A stretch of DNA of 64,000 nt, from NCBI RefSeq assembly GCF_902652985.1, contig NC_047020.1:12958001-13022000 (forward strand), in the 5' to 3' direction. The translations under genes and the position numbers were made by a program. This stretch comes from Pecten maximus (Eukaryota). This document shows, in pieces, positions 1 to 13,545 of the stretch. Within the stretch, counting starts at the first letter, position 1. Every line of letters begins with the position of its first letter. The notes beneath the pieces are model-generated. The model was not told where the DNA came from and did no database searches. It worked only from the letters and a program-made list of their open reading frames with translations.

Positions 1-404
1 CGGACCCTTGGAAATCGTATATGTCAATCGACAGCTTTGAATATGTCATTTATGACATATATGCATATATTAAGCCTACTAATGTTTCAAATGAAGATGG
101 TTTCACGGTAATATAGTTCAAAACGTGAGTATAAATTATTGTAAATAAGCTCCAGTCATATAAAGAATAAAATTCTGTCCATCTTCAAAACAGTATTTTA
201 TTTCCTTGATATTATTGATTGTGACTACAACTTCCCTGTATCAGTTTTGGTGAATCTACATACTAAAAATACCCAATTTGATTTAGCCTTATACAACCTT
301 CTTTTACACCGTCAAAACATTAATAGCCAGTAACAGTTCACACTGTAAGTATCAAGTGGTCTAAGGAATATATCCACTGCATTCAGACAACATATCTGTA
401 TTAT

Positions 405-520
405 AAAAAAAAACAAACTAAAAACTAAAAAAAAAAAAACAATAAACAAAAAATAAAACCACAAAAATCAAACACGCAAACAAACAAACAAACTAACAAA
501 CAAACAAACTAACTAACACA
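405..520. repeat. A-rich / (CAAA)n / (TAAC)n simple repeat
   Basis: Directly visible low-complexity tract. Confidence 0.85.
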
Positions 521-2281
521 TAAATGGAAATTTAGTATAGCACATTGAATACTGATTCCGTCACAGACATATTAAATAATTCATATCACAAAATAAAATC
601 GACTTTTTGTATATAGAAATAATCTCCTCATTATTCTTGTATACATACGAAATCTTTATATCATAAAAAGAACAAAATCTCTTCATTACAAAAAGAATAT
701 GATAACGAGGAAAAATATAATATCGATACATAAACCAGTTTCCAATTGACATATATATCAATATCCATTACGCTGTTAACCAAAATACTGCATTCGTAGT
801 ATTTCCACCCTTTTTTCTGAAATAATTATATATTTTCCACATCTATCTTATCTAAGATTGCTTCTATAAGAACAAAGCCCCCTTTATAACGTGTTGTCTT
901 TGTTTACTTTCCTGTCCATTCTTTTATTGTTATAGAGGTATTGTTCCAGATTCCTCCCCTCTTTTTAGATGGACAGGTTTATGATTTAGTTATTATCAAA
1001 AGGCTAAGGAAGATACTTCTTCCTGTTGGGTGGTCGGTATGACTTCCACTGTCAGTTATTATGTCATGAATTATATTTAAAACGGTTTAGACACAATGGC
1101 TCATCTTATAATAATATAAATTTCATGTAGCAAACTCACCGAATCTGTAGCAATAATCTAACATATATAATCTAAGAGAAAAAAGTTTAGATTGCATCAG
1201 TGTTCGACACGAAACCAATTTAAGTTTTTTCCCGATTCTATCAATTTATCGTTGAGTTGCTTACTCGCCGGAGAGATAACGTATACAAAAGTGAGTTACT
1301 GTTATCACCAAGTTAATTTGTGGCCTGGTGACATACACAGCCTAACGTCTTAATACACTGCTAAACACTCTAAATGTCCATTTCCATTTATCACTTTTCA
1401 AATAAGTAGTTCGTAAAGGTTTTACTAACCACTTTGCTTCAGACCTACATTTAAGAATTAATTCCTTCCGCCTATGTAAACTGTCAATCATTGCGTCATA
1501 TCCATGAGTGCCAAGAACGCGTTGTGATCGGAAGAAGTAGTGCTGCTCGACACTAAAGTAGAGAAAAAATCTTGGCATGAATGAAACCAGTGAGGATATA
1601 TCGCTCATGGTAATTACAGGAAGCAAGTTATGTAGGCAAAGACACGCGCTTTTAAAATGATATTGTTGCAATTGTCTGCCAATCCGTCCAATAAAAAAAC
1701 GGTGTATTAAGGAAAAATCACTTGATGTTATCAAGAGAAGGGAAGTCTTTCTTTAAACAGGGGTGTTTATTTTAGAAGCAGAATCCTATAACGCGGCTTT
1801 GGACTTTTCTGTTATATCTTACTAAGCAGTTAAGGTCTTATTGACATCACCAAAAGTTAAATTTTCATTAGGACGAGAACATATGTTTGAAAAAAATATC
1901 TCTTATTTAAATACATTGTATACTATTCATACTTAGTTTATTACGCTCATAGTTTAGATTTACCATTAGTAATAATAGGCATGTTAATATAGATGTAAGG
2001 GTAACTATTAGTCCTGGTATCACATCCTGTTAAATACATCATTATAGTATTAACGTCAGTAAAATATTACTGTCTGTTTTTGATTTACCATTTTACCTAA
2101 ACCGAAATGTTATGTTCTGATGCGTTTCATCTCACTAACAGAAATTTCCTGATTGATATTTATACTACACTGCTATATGGCAGTGACCGCAAATGTATTG
2201 TATTGTATGCTATATGTACTGATGGGCTGTAAAGCTCAAAGTCAATAAATGAATAGAAATGTTCTGAGTTAGGCGTTCCAT

Positions 2282-2358
2282 TTCACTTACAGAAGTGGAA
2301 TATACCTATACCATATCACTTACAGAAGTGGAATAGACCTATACCATATCACCTACAG
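2282..2358. repeat. 33-bp tandem duplication (about 2.4 units)
   Basis: TCACTTACAGAAGTGGAATA(T/G)ACCTATACCATA repeated. Confidence 0.85.
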
Positions 2359-4264
2359 ATATGACATGTTCCAAGGTCGACACATTAGTCTAAGAGTTAT
2401 AATTTCTGTTAAAGGAAATAAAGAGTGTAATCTTCTGTAGTATACTTATCGTTTCTCTAAAATAAATGTCCTGATGGATATTAGCCTGTCTATCCAGAAT
2501 TGTTGTACTCTGTGTAAGCAATTGTCCTATATTCATGTTCTTGTTTCAGGCGTAATACTTAGCTGAGTAGAAGTGGTGTGTTCAGGCTTCGTTCCAAATC
2601 ATTCGATTATCAAATATACATACAGATAAACCCCTTTAAAACATCACCTAATGCAAACATTGCATGAGCATTGATAACCTATGAATATCATTGTAATAAA
2701 ATACTGACACGCGTCATAATCTCCCGAAAATCTTAAAATTTCGGCAAGGTGTCAAATCGCGTAATTTACGCGAACTCGTCCATCTCTAGCATACCAAAAC
2801 AAAACGATAAATAAAACAAAATGAAATATCGTATTCATTCGGATATTACAATAGAGGAGATTTTTTAAAATACATGTGATCACTGATCTTTGCGCATTTG
2901 TCATTTCCACAGTAGAATTTAACACATATATGCAAATTTCAAGAGCAGTGTGTTAACATATGTTATGTCTTGACAGAGATACATAGCATTTTTTTTCTAA
3001 AATGATGTTTATGATTATGATTTGAAATTGGTTCCAGATAAGATAAATCAAGTTGGTATCTATTTGTCATATTTTAAAAGGTTTGGCATGATTTATCAGG
3101 TCTTGTAGTAATGTAATACGATGTTATCCATCTCCAAATCAAAGTTTAAACGGATGCATGTTCTCCTATACACATCCCTTTTAGAAAGAATTATTAGGGT
3201 TTTACTTTTTCTAGTTTGAATCAGTTTTAATTAAGGACATGCTCTTACATCTATGCTAGGATATCACACAGGTTTGTTCCACACTAATATACACAGATAG
3301 ATTGAAATGTCAACCGTTGACATAAACCGATATTTTCTGCCAGAAAATCACTTCCGTTTTGCAACCTCATGGGTTGCCAAGGAGAAAAAAGAGTCGAAAA
3401 TGAATTGTATGCCAGGCTGGTAGCGTATTTCACAAGCCGGCAACATTTTTGCCATTTACTCAAAGCTTGGTACGTATATATGACACATGTCATCCCTCTC
3501 GACCATGACAAGATGCTGTTACAAGCATGATGGGCGTTAGTAAGTAAGCTATACATAGAAAACATCAATCAAGATGGCGTGAATATTAGTTTTATTGCTG
3601 TAACAAACTAATTTAAAGTCATATGTGTGACAATGATACAATTATAAACCTGTATCTGGTGTTTGCCTTATATCAGACTTATCCATATCGTAGCATGTTT
3701 ATTGTTTGTAGTTATGGTAACGCTGTTATCGGTAACTGTTTTATATAATCGGTACAAATACATGTAGTTTGACATGTGTGTAAAACAGCAGGACGTAGGT
3801 TTGTTTATATTGAATACACGCAGTCCAGGCCATGACCATTGTATTCATAACCCATGAACTTCGTCGAAGTTCAAAACTACAGAAACAGGGAGTTCTGACC
3901 TCTTTATACCAGCGTAGTATAGAATGAGATTTATACAACAATTAGAAACAATGACCAGAAATAGATTCTGATTTCCTTTGTTTTAAATAATGATTTCTGT
4001 TTTTTGACGTTACAGCAATACTTCTTACAAATTAAAGAGCAAAACACCAAACCTTACCAATTTGTCTCAATTGTTCAGACGTGAAACAGTCATAGTGTTA
4101 CTGGCTTTATCTAATTAGGTGTTGTATAGACAGAGGCTTGAGCAAACCAGCACGTTTTAATATATAATAGTATATTATAGACATAAAATTATATTCTTTA
4201 TAATATTATATAAAAAGCAGATAACGAGATGTTCAATCTCAGACAAGATGATACCCGTGCAATG

Positions 4265-4735
4265 AGGTGAACCCAACTGTCTGGTCAACGAAAAATAAAG
4301 TGAGCCTTACATTCTTGTCAACGATTAGTGTATGTGAAACACATCAATAGATAGTGTATGTTAACCAAACTGTGAATATTAAATGTGAATCAGTCAATTT
4401 TAGTCAATGAATAATGAAGTGAGCCTTACATTCTAGTCAACGATTAGTGTATGTGAAAAATACCAACAAAAAGTTAATGTAAACCAAACTGTCTGTTCAG
4501 CGGATTATAAATGCGAACAAATACATTCTACTTAACGTTTATATGAAACAAACTGTCTAATAATAATGCATGCAAACCAAACTATCTAGACAATAGATAA
4601 TATAAGGAAACCTCAATGTCTAATCAAAGAAAAGTGCATGTAAAACCTGACTATCTAGTCAGCGAATGGTGAATGTGAAATTGTCTGTCTATTCAACAAA
4701 TAAGAAAGATGAAGCTCAATTAATAGTCTGCGAAT
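4265..4735. repeat. Old degenerate tandem repeat (unit about 35 bp)
   Basis: Recurrent AAACCAAACTGTCTAGTCAACGA-like blocks. GTGAGCCTTACATTCT.GTCAACGATTAGTGTATGTGAAA occurs twice. Confidence 0.6.
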
Positions 4736-7700
4736 AGTACCTTTGAGAGGTACAGTCAACACATGAATCAACAAATCCATGTTTTATCTGCATTAAGTAT
4801 TATGTCAGTGTTATCTAGAGAGGTTGCCAGGTATATGCGGTTCAGATGTACTAATTAAATAGCCAATATGATAACCGGAAATGACAAACATATCAACACA
4901 CAATCGTATAAGGAATAAACCATTCGTTACATTTTGTGCTTTCGTTGATATCAATTCTTGCATGGTGTAATTTCTATCATATTGACGAAAAGATGTATTA
5001 AATTACATCCAATATGTAAAACGAAACTAGTATTTATGATGTTTTTTTGTTTACTTATTAGTTATAGCCGAATACTTAATAATGATATCCGTTACACTTT
5101 TTTATTTCTTAAATAAAAAATCATGGATATATGGTATAAAGTGCTCTTCCATAGATAATAGAGCAAATGTTAAAAATAGTGTCTTGAGAGATATCAAATG
5201 CATTTCATGAAAGCCGCTAAGATATGGCATCTTTCACGAGTGAATTTCAAAATATAGTCACACTTGCGAAAAATATGTATTTTCTATGTATTTTCATTAT
5301 CAGCGAATTCCTCGACAGTCACCATTTTCAGACTGTTTTCTAAATCAACCTGATATAATATGTGTAATTATTATGGAGCTTTAAGATTGGTTAGTTATAT
5401 TAAGTCGTTTATGTTCTGGATTTTCATTGGTAATTGACTGTAAAATGTTATTTCTCACAAATGGAGTGTAATACATGTATTTCAACTTTTATATGTTTCA
5501 TTTTTCTGGATATTTCACTGGTGAAAGTGTGATAAAAACTTATTGCTGAATGAAAAGGTAGTTTTTGTTCTAACCTTGAACTTGTTTAAAGGTTACAGAC
5601 CCTAGGCTAACGCTATATAATTTATTGAACTATTTTCGTACTAGATCGTACACTTGTAGTGACCATATGTGAATTTATAATAGAATTTTACATTAACTCC
5701 GTAGGCAATAATTAGAGCTATTTCCTTTGTTTATGGATTTTGAACTCTATAGAGAAGAGACCTACGGCGATTTGACGGTATTGTCGAGAACTTAGACGCC
5801 ATTCCTGCAAGTTAGAAAGTACATGTTAATAAAATATCCCCATAATACGTTTATTAACGTTAGGGGCTCCCATTAGGGTGAATTAGGGATCCCCAGCTCT
5901 CCCCGATCCTACACAACCTTAGAAGAACCTACACACGCGTAATTAAGGATACGTAGGCTAACGTATTACTATGATAGCAGGAGCACTGAGCGATAATTAG
6001 ACGTTCTGATAGCAGGAACACCAATAGCAGAGCGAGTTCGGTAGGCAGGGTGTAAGCTGGTATGGCGAACATGTCGGTGAGTAAGTATCAGGAATGGTCC
6101 ATACTCAAAGAGGTGTGTAACAGATAATACTATCAAACCGGGTACGAAATCAGATTTCAATATCAATACAAATGAAATAGTTTTCCTCTCTTCTGGTCCA
6201 ATATTTTTAGATACCAAATGGCAATAATTACTTAAGTAACAATAAATTACGTATCAATCATTTATTAACAACGTTATATCACAATAATAAACAATAACGT
6301 TATTTCAGACACTCTTGAATAATATTTACAATAATACTATAATCCATGTATAAGGTTTAATATTTTTAGTTTTTCCTGGGAAATGTTAAGTTTATTTAAC
6401 GAAGAATGTTAAAGCGGCTCAAATAATGAACTGGTCAAATTAAAAAATGTAAATGGAATAAATTATATAATTATGCAGAATTTTTATAAGTTATGGTGAT
6501 TCTTTTCGGAATTTGTACAAATTTGAATAAACTTAATGGTCAACGTCCGCTTCAAAATATTCTATAGTACATTTGCAAAAACAAGGAAGACATCCGTTTC
6601 CAATATTCGATCTAAATAGCAATTAAACATGTTTAATGTTACCTGCAAAAAGTCATTTATACGTCTAACGCTACATTCTAGGCACTCGTAGCAAGCCCTC
6701 ATTGTATCCGACCACTCTGACGCCGTTACTTACAAACAAAACACCATTATCAATACTAATCAAAGCCAAATACATCGTACATTTGGTGTTCTTTAATGAA
6801 ATATTTTCAAAAAAATACCTAAAACGTAATATAAAGTATTCAAAAGCATGTACTGACAGTGGTGCCACCTATGAAAGCACTAAAGGGGACAAACCTATGC
6901 AGAAATAACTGATTGCACGTTTTTTCATATTAAAACAACTTCTGTTATTTCTGATATTAAGGATAATCCTGGTCATTAATTATATAATTAACCTGTATAT
7001 ACCTTGTATATTTTGATGTTGTTACCAAATTCACCAACAACACAGTTACTACTACCAAGTAAAATGTTTGGGATCCAATGTCATGAGACGACTTTAGTGG
7101 TACACTGAAGGTGAGAAGTCAATTCCGACTCAAGTGGGTCTGAGCGGCCGCTGTCAGTTCTCTACACCACATAAATAGCATTTTCTCATTGCTAAACCAG
7201 ATTATATAATGTGTGGCGAAGGGATTCTGTTACTTATATATACATGAAAAGTTAGCCGTTAATAAAATGCGAATGCCTTCAATTACAGCTAATTTTCCCA
7301 GGCTTATATGAAACAGCGGTAGCTGATTTTCTGATTAAACATTCATTTACATCGTCGCGAGGGAGAATTTAAATTTTGCCTATTTAAGAAGTATGGCGTG
7401 GAGATTTTATGTATATGCCTTAAAGCGATAATTGCGTCATACATTCAAAATGCCAAACTCTGATAAACTGATTTCAGAGGCTATCAAATACACATAAATA
7501 AACTACACATATCTATATTTTCAGTAGGAAACGTTTGACATTAATTTCGGGGTGACATTTCAGATGAAGTTGTTCTTAGTTTTTTCTTTAGTTGGTAACG
7601 AAATGTTACTCAACAATGTTGAGAACTAAGATTATATGTAGTTAATTAGTTAATACATTTTAAGGGAGGAATTTACATCAGGAAAGGAATTCGGTTTTAG

Positions 7701-8479
7701 ATAGAAGCCTTTAATTACGACCGTTAAAATACAGGAAATATAAATACAAAAATAACACGAATGTCTCCGCAAATTGCAATATCATTAGCAGACGTTTTGT
7801 AGACATTACTATTTGCAAAGGGCACTATTTAAGGGATATGAATTGCAGCTATAGGGTATCTCTTTAATTTCCGAAGTCTATCATACTGTACAAGTATGGG
7901 ATATTCATTTTCAAATTTAATTATCTTAGATATCAATTCAACAGCGGGATTAAGATTTTATCATATAATAAAAAAACGATTTGTTTAAAAAAAATCTATT
8001 CTAACAACAAAAGATAGAAATAGTAGGTCATTTAGTGTAGGAAACTAAACATCCACTATTTCCTTGTTCAGCTAATATCACCAAAGTTTGACCTCGGTGC
8101 ATCAGATTTTTGTGACGATGTTGTGGCGTTTTCGAAGCAAATTGGAAGTTATATATTGTTACCTATGCAATCATTAAGCTGTTGGCAGTTGCACAGCTAT
8201 GATGATATATAAACAATTTTATTCACCAACATTGAAAATTCGATTACCAGCAAAGCCACAAATGTTTAAGCTACAAGTAAGTCAATTAATTCAGTATTAT
8301 ATCATATCCAATACAGTTAGTGTGGCGCATCAAGATTTAAACCGCATTATCGATTTAGAGATTAGTGCAATCATAGATTGCCGCATCACATATTTCCTAA
8401 TATATGTAGTAGACATGTACATCTACAGCATTTTCAGTATCCTAAACATGTAAATATGTTTAACACCATGGTCTGGAAT

Positions 8480-9870
8480 CCATCATTACGTTATTTAAAG
8501 ACATAACAGTTAGTCCTGTAATACGAAGGGGCCGCGATGGCCAAGTGGTTAAGGTGTCCCGACACTTTATCACTAGCCCTCCACCTCTGGGTTGCGAGTT
8601 CGAAACCTACGTGAGGCAGTTGCCAGGTACTGACCGTGGGCCGGTGGTTTTTTCTCCGGGTACTCCGGCTTTCCTCCACCTTCAAAACCTGGCACGTCCT
8701 TAAATCACACTGGCTGTTAAAAGGACGTTAAACAAAAACAAACCAAACCAAATCTGTAATACAATAAGCTCATTGTAATGTCATTTAAAGACAAAAAACA
8801 TTAGTCCTGTAATTAAATAAATAAATAAAAAAATAAAATCCTGTAATACATTAAACTCATCGTAATGTCATATAAAAACAAAACATTAGTCCTGCAATAC
8901 AATAAATGTATCGTAATTTAATTTAAATGTAAAAACATTTAGCCCAGGAACACATTCAGTTCATCGTAATATCATTTAAAGACAAAATATTTAGCCCTGT
9001 AATACATTAAGCTCATCATGATATAATTAAACGACAAAACATTTAGTCATGTAATTCAATTAGCTCATCGGAATGTCATTTATAGACAAAAAAAAAATAA
9101 TCCTGTAATTAAATACAAAAAATATATTCCCTGTAATACTTTGAGCTCATCGTAATATCATTTAAAGACAAAACATTTAGTCCTGTAATTCAATAAGCTA
9201 AATGCAATGTCATTTAAAGACAAAATAATTTAGTCCTGGAATACATTAAGTTCATCGTAATATATTTTAATGAAAACATATTTAGTCCTGTAATTCAATT
9301 AGCTCACCATAATAGCATTTAAAGACAAAACATTTAGTCCTGTAATTCAATAAGCTAAATACAATGTCATTTAAAGACAAAATCATTTAGTCCTGGAATA
9401 CATTAAGTTCATCGTAGTATATGTTAATGAAAAAATATTTAGTCCTGTAATTCAATCAGCTCACCATAATAGCATTAAAAGACAAAAACGTTTAGTCCTG
9501 GAATACATTAAGCTCATCATTATGTCATTAAAAGACAAAAACATTTAGTCCTGGAATACATTAAGCTAAATACAATGTCATTTAAAGACAAAATCATTTA
9601 GTCCTGGAATACATTAAGCTAAATACAATGTCATTTAAAGACAACATTTAGTCCTGGAATACATTAAGCTAAATACAATGTCATTTAAAGACAAAAACAT
9701 TTAGTCCTGGAATACATTAAGCTAAATACAATGTCATTTAAAGACAAAAACATTTAGTCCTGGAATACATTAAGCTCATCATTATGTCATTTATAGACAA
9801 CATTTAATCATGAAATACAATAAGCTCATCTTTATGTTATTCGAAGACAATAGCATCAAGTTCTGTAACA
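8480..9870. repeat. Tandem repeat, unit about 52-53 bp
   Basis: Consensus AAAGACAAAACATTTAGTCCTG(G/T)AATACATTAAGCTCATCGTAATGTCATTT, about 20 units. Interrupted by the SINE at 8528-8753. Confidence 0.92.
8528..8753 (+). mobile_element. Full-length tRNA-derived SINE with V-domain-like core
   Basis: Pol III A box TGGCCAAGTGG, B box GTTCGAAAC, core GGTTTTTTCTCCGGGTACTCCGGCTTTCCTCCA and a (AAACC)n-type tail. Flanked by direct repeats CTGTAATAC (8516-8524 and 8754-8762). Confidence 0.88.
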
Positions 9871-11899
9871 CAATAGTACAAATGCATATATATATATAAA
9901 TGTTTTGAAATGCACTGCTCCAACTCAAACACACATATGTATTTACGAATCTATGACCAACAAGTAATCAAGGATACTTAACTGTGTCAGTATCTATAAA
10001 AATATTTATATTCAATCTCCCTTTGTGTCAGTCCAAAAAGGTTACAAAATATCACTGCCAAATAATTATGCATTTCATAAGAAAACACCAAGATACCTAT
10101 GCGGATTATAAGAATCGTAGAGAACAAGGAGGTTCAGAAGACGTGGAACTTAATCAGCGGCGTTATGACAATAGTGTACCTTTATTTCAATGTCGACTCG
10201 TTCTGGATGCGTCTTTCCGTTTTGATATTGTGTTATACACAGTAGATAAATCACATTAGAATATTTTGTGCGAGTTTCATAATTTCTTTTTGTTTTGATC
10301 CCGTGTGTGACGTCGTTACAAGGCAGTAGTTTTGTTTTGTTTTACTTCTAAAACTGTTAAGTTCAGATTCCAAGGTGTCGTTCACCTAGCTGGCTGTACT
10401 GAATGATCCTAGTGATACATATTGCTCATCCTGTGACTAAGTTCATTTTCTATAACATTTAAATGAGACAATAAATATCGCGTTACTTACACATTGATGC
10501 GTGTTATTCTAAACCTGTTAGATTGGCCCTAGGCACCCATAACTATTGTAAAATGTAGACAAATTTTGTGAGTTTGGCTGTAGGCAGGTATCGACTAAAT
10601 GTACGTAGATAACGATGTAGATAGGTGTCTCTCGTCCATTATCTGATGCATTTATTCCGTGGTATTTCCGGACCTCTCATACCGACCCGCGGGAATTAAA
10701 TATTGGGCAATGCCGTCTATGCGAATCTTAGTCACGGTGCTTTCTCATACTAATATGTCAAGTTTCCCTATCTCTGGATTGTCCGTAGAAGGAGGTATTG
10801 TTGTTTAATGGGCTTGTTTTTTGTTTTGTTTTGTTTTTTATTCTGTAGATTTCAAATTTACTATCTGTTTTTAATGTATGAAGAAAAGGGAAAATGGCTC
10901 TGCTGGCTTTATTGATGACCATAAAAAAGATAGACTATAAGGTAATATCTTTGTAGAAATAGCCTGTCTTGGAATAGAAATATCGTTCAGATTGATGACT
11001 AGAGAAAAAACAGGAAAAAAGGAGGAAAAAGTCATTATAAATTCAGCATTTTGTCCACTTAAAACGGCTTTGCTGATATTTGCTGTATGAATACATACGG
11101 GTTTCACAGGAACCTTCCACGTGACAGCGACTAATATAAATGGCCCCTGTGTATTCATTTCTACTTTCGATTTATCTGCGTGCACTGTTATTTGCCGTAT
11201 AACCGTAACTGCCATCGTTACTCATGCCAATTACTCGGCCGGCCCAGTCATTAAATGGGGTTTACCTCCGCCGAGCTGTGGAGTCTACCAAGTCGAATGG
11301 ACTCGACGCTATCATTTATTTACTGAAATTTATGTGTAATATATAAATTTGTGTGACCCTCAAATCCATCTTGTCTACTCCTATCTGAAGCTGTCTAACA
11401 TTTACAAATTGTCTTAGCTTTTCTGGTGGTCTAATGATTTAGAATAATGATGTCACCGATACTTACTGGCATAAACAAAGACGGTCTCTTAAACCTTCTC
11501 CCTTCCCTGGGCGGACCTCTACTGCAACAATGTATATAGCTTCGTGTGGATTTATCATTCAGGCGAACTTGACAATTATTTATCTTTATACGATACAAGT
11601 TTTATCCTCCCCTTGAATACCATTTGTAACTTACTTGTAGATCTACCCCTTTCAGCCAATCAGACGTTGAGCGAATTCAAATGTTAACTATTAGATTGTA
11701 CCATAGGCCATGAGAATTAGAACAATAGAAAATATTCAAACTCCAATCTAAATATGAATTCCCAAAATATTGCAAAATTAAACGTTGTTATTCTGATAGA
11801 TTTTACCTTATGAAAACATAAATATATTCAGAACAACAATATACTTATTAGGACTATGATATAACACAGTGTCCACTCGTTCTCCACTTTGTAATTTCT

Positions 11900-11991
11900 A
11901 TTGCTGTTCACGTATATTATGACTTTGTATATTAAAATATGTGCTAATGGGCAATATGGCCACAGTCAATAAAGAAATTGAATTGAATTGA
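11900..11991 (+). mobile_element. LINE-type 3' tail remnant
   Basis: Short stem region followed by CAATAAAG and an (AATTG)n tail. A similar end (AGTCAATAAATG) occurs near 2220-2256. Confidence 0.45.
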
Positions 11992-13172
11992 CAGAGGCCA
12001 AAAAATGTTATACAACAGCTCAAAACAAAGCTTATATTGTAAACTTAAGTGTAGAATTACGACAACAGCAGATCATCAATACTAGAATGATAAAATATAC
12101 CACAGCCCTGTAGTGTGAGCCTAGCATATACACAATACATTTATATATTAGTATACAATAATATATAGTATATAATAAAAACATAAAGAACACATACTAT
12201 TAATGGGCACTGATGGATTAGAGTAACTAAGGACAGATAATCTCAGTTATTAGTGTTGAAAAGTGTGATCAATGTTATATTATAATATACAATGCACGTG
12301 AATCAAGAATCAAACTAGACTGTATATATTATGCAATACAACTATGAATCAAAATAAACATTTATGTTGATCCCTTTATCTGAAAAGATATCTAGATGTC
12401 TATTCATTATTTCAAACCTTTGATTGTGTTTGCCGAATCACCTATCTGTACTTCTTACCCAGCATTTGTCTGACTGGTATAAACACGAACACTCGGGTCG
12501 TTATACAGTGTATGACAGACATTCATATATACATTTGCGATGTTTTGACGAGAGTGTCCGGTAATAAGTCTCTCTGTTATTGCCCCCCTCCCCCTAGTTA
12601 TGGTCCCACTCAGCCAGAATACGTAGCTTTGGAATCCAACCCCTGCAGGTTAATAAGGAGCCTTGTTACTCAGCAGCGACTGTTGTAGACATTTCTCCAT
12701 TACGGCGCTAATATTCCCTCCGCCCAATACACGCCGCGGTACTGAAGCCTTCCACATCCTGTCTCTGACGAGACACATATATAATGTCATGTTTCTGCCG
12801 CGTATTGTTCAGAACATTGTGATTAGCGATATTACCACCTCTGTGATGAGGTTACAGACGAGATAACAAGCATTAAACAGTTTAACCCCTGTTACGGAGC
12901 ATATTGTACAGCAAACATCAAATCAATCTTCTAGGTGCCACAATCTATTAGTCCCGCATGGAAATATTTTCATTACTTTCCTCCACTGGGTTTCGTTATG
13001 CAGTTACATTTTAAGAAGGATGTTGATAAGTACATCTTAATATAATGGGTATGTAAAGGGATTAAGTTGGAGAAACAATAGGATTAAATTGTATGTTAAA
13101 TAATTATAATATAATTTAATCATATTTATTTGCAAACACAGTCTGCCAGTTTCTATATATTGAGAAGAACAT

Positions 13173-13400
13173 GGTGGTCGGGTGGCACAGCGGTAACAAA
13201 CTTGTCATTAACCTAGGCGAGTTCGATTTCCCGATCGGACGTTAAAGGTATAGGGTTACCTGCAGGACCACGTGATTTACGACAGGTGCTTCCTACAGTA
13301 AGACCCTCGCGTGCGGTTCCATCCTAACTCGCCAACAATTGTGATTTATATATGTTGATATAATTGGTTTGCAATTGTTTTAAAACAAATGAAGTTTACA
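13173..13400 (+). mobile_element. Diverged copy of the SINE family at 18560-18802
   Basis: A box TGGCACAGCGG and B box GAGTTCGATTTC. Shares blocks CCTAGGCG, AAAGGTAT.GGGT.ACCTGC, GACCACGTG and ACAGTAAGACCC.CGCG with the other copy. Confidence 0.75.
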
Positions 13401-13512
13401 TATGTACATCACGGTTTTTTACTAGATCATAACCCTTTAGGTTTGAATTCACAATTCCATTTTATCAAAATAAAATCTATTTTCTAAATTTAGGATTCAG
13501 AATCAGTCTACT

Positions 13513-13545
13513 CAGAGACTTGTATATCAGGTATATACGTCTCTG
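13513..13545 (+). mobile_element. 33-bp palindromic micro-MITE, copy 1
   Basis: CAGAGACTTGTATATCAGGTATATACGTCTCTG, with terminal inverted repeats CAGAGAC/GTCTCTG and a perfect 7-bp TSD GTCTACT (13506-13512 and 13546-13552). Confidence 0.85.

Noticed and set aside
5590-6241. Possible LTR-like block (also 34000-34313)
   Set aside because: The composition suggests a repeat, but I could not define TG..CA ends with a TSD.
8528-8612. tRNA gene
   Set aside because: The A and B boxes continue into a SINE core, tail and TSD, and no complete cloverleaf is evident.
8480-9870. CRISPR-like array
   Set aside because: Eukaryotic DNA, and the units are contiguous with no unique spacers. The same holds for all other arrays.
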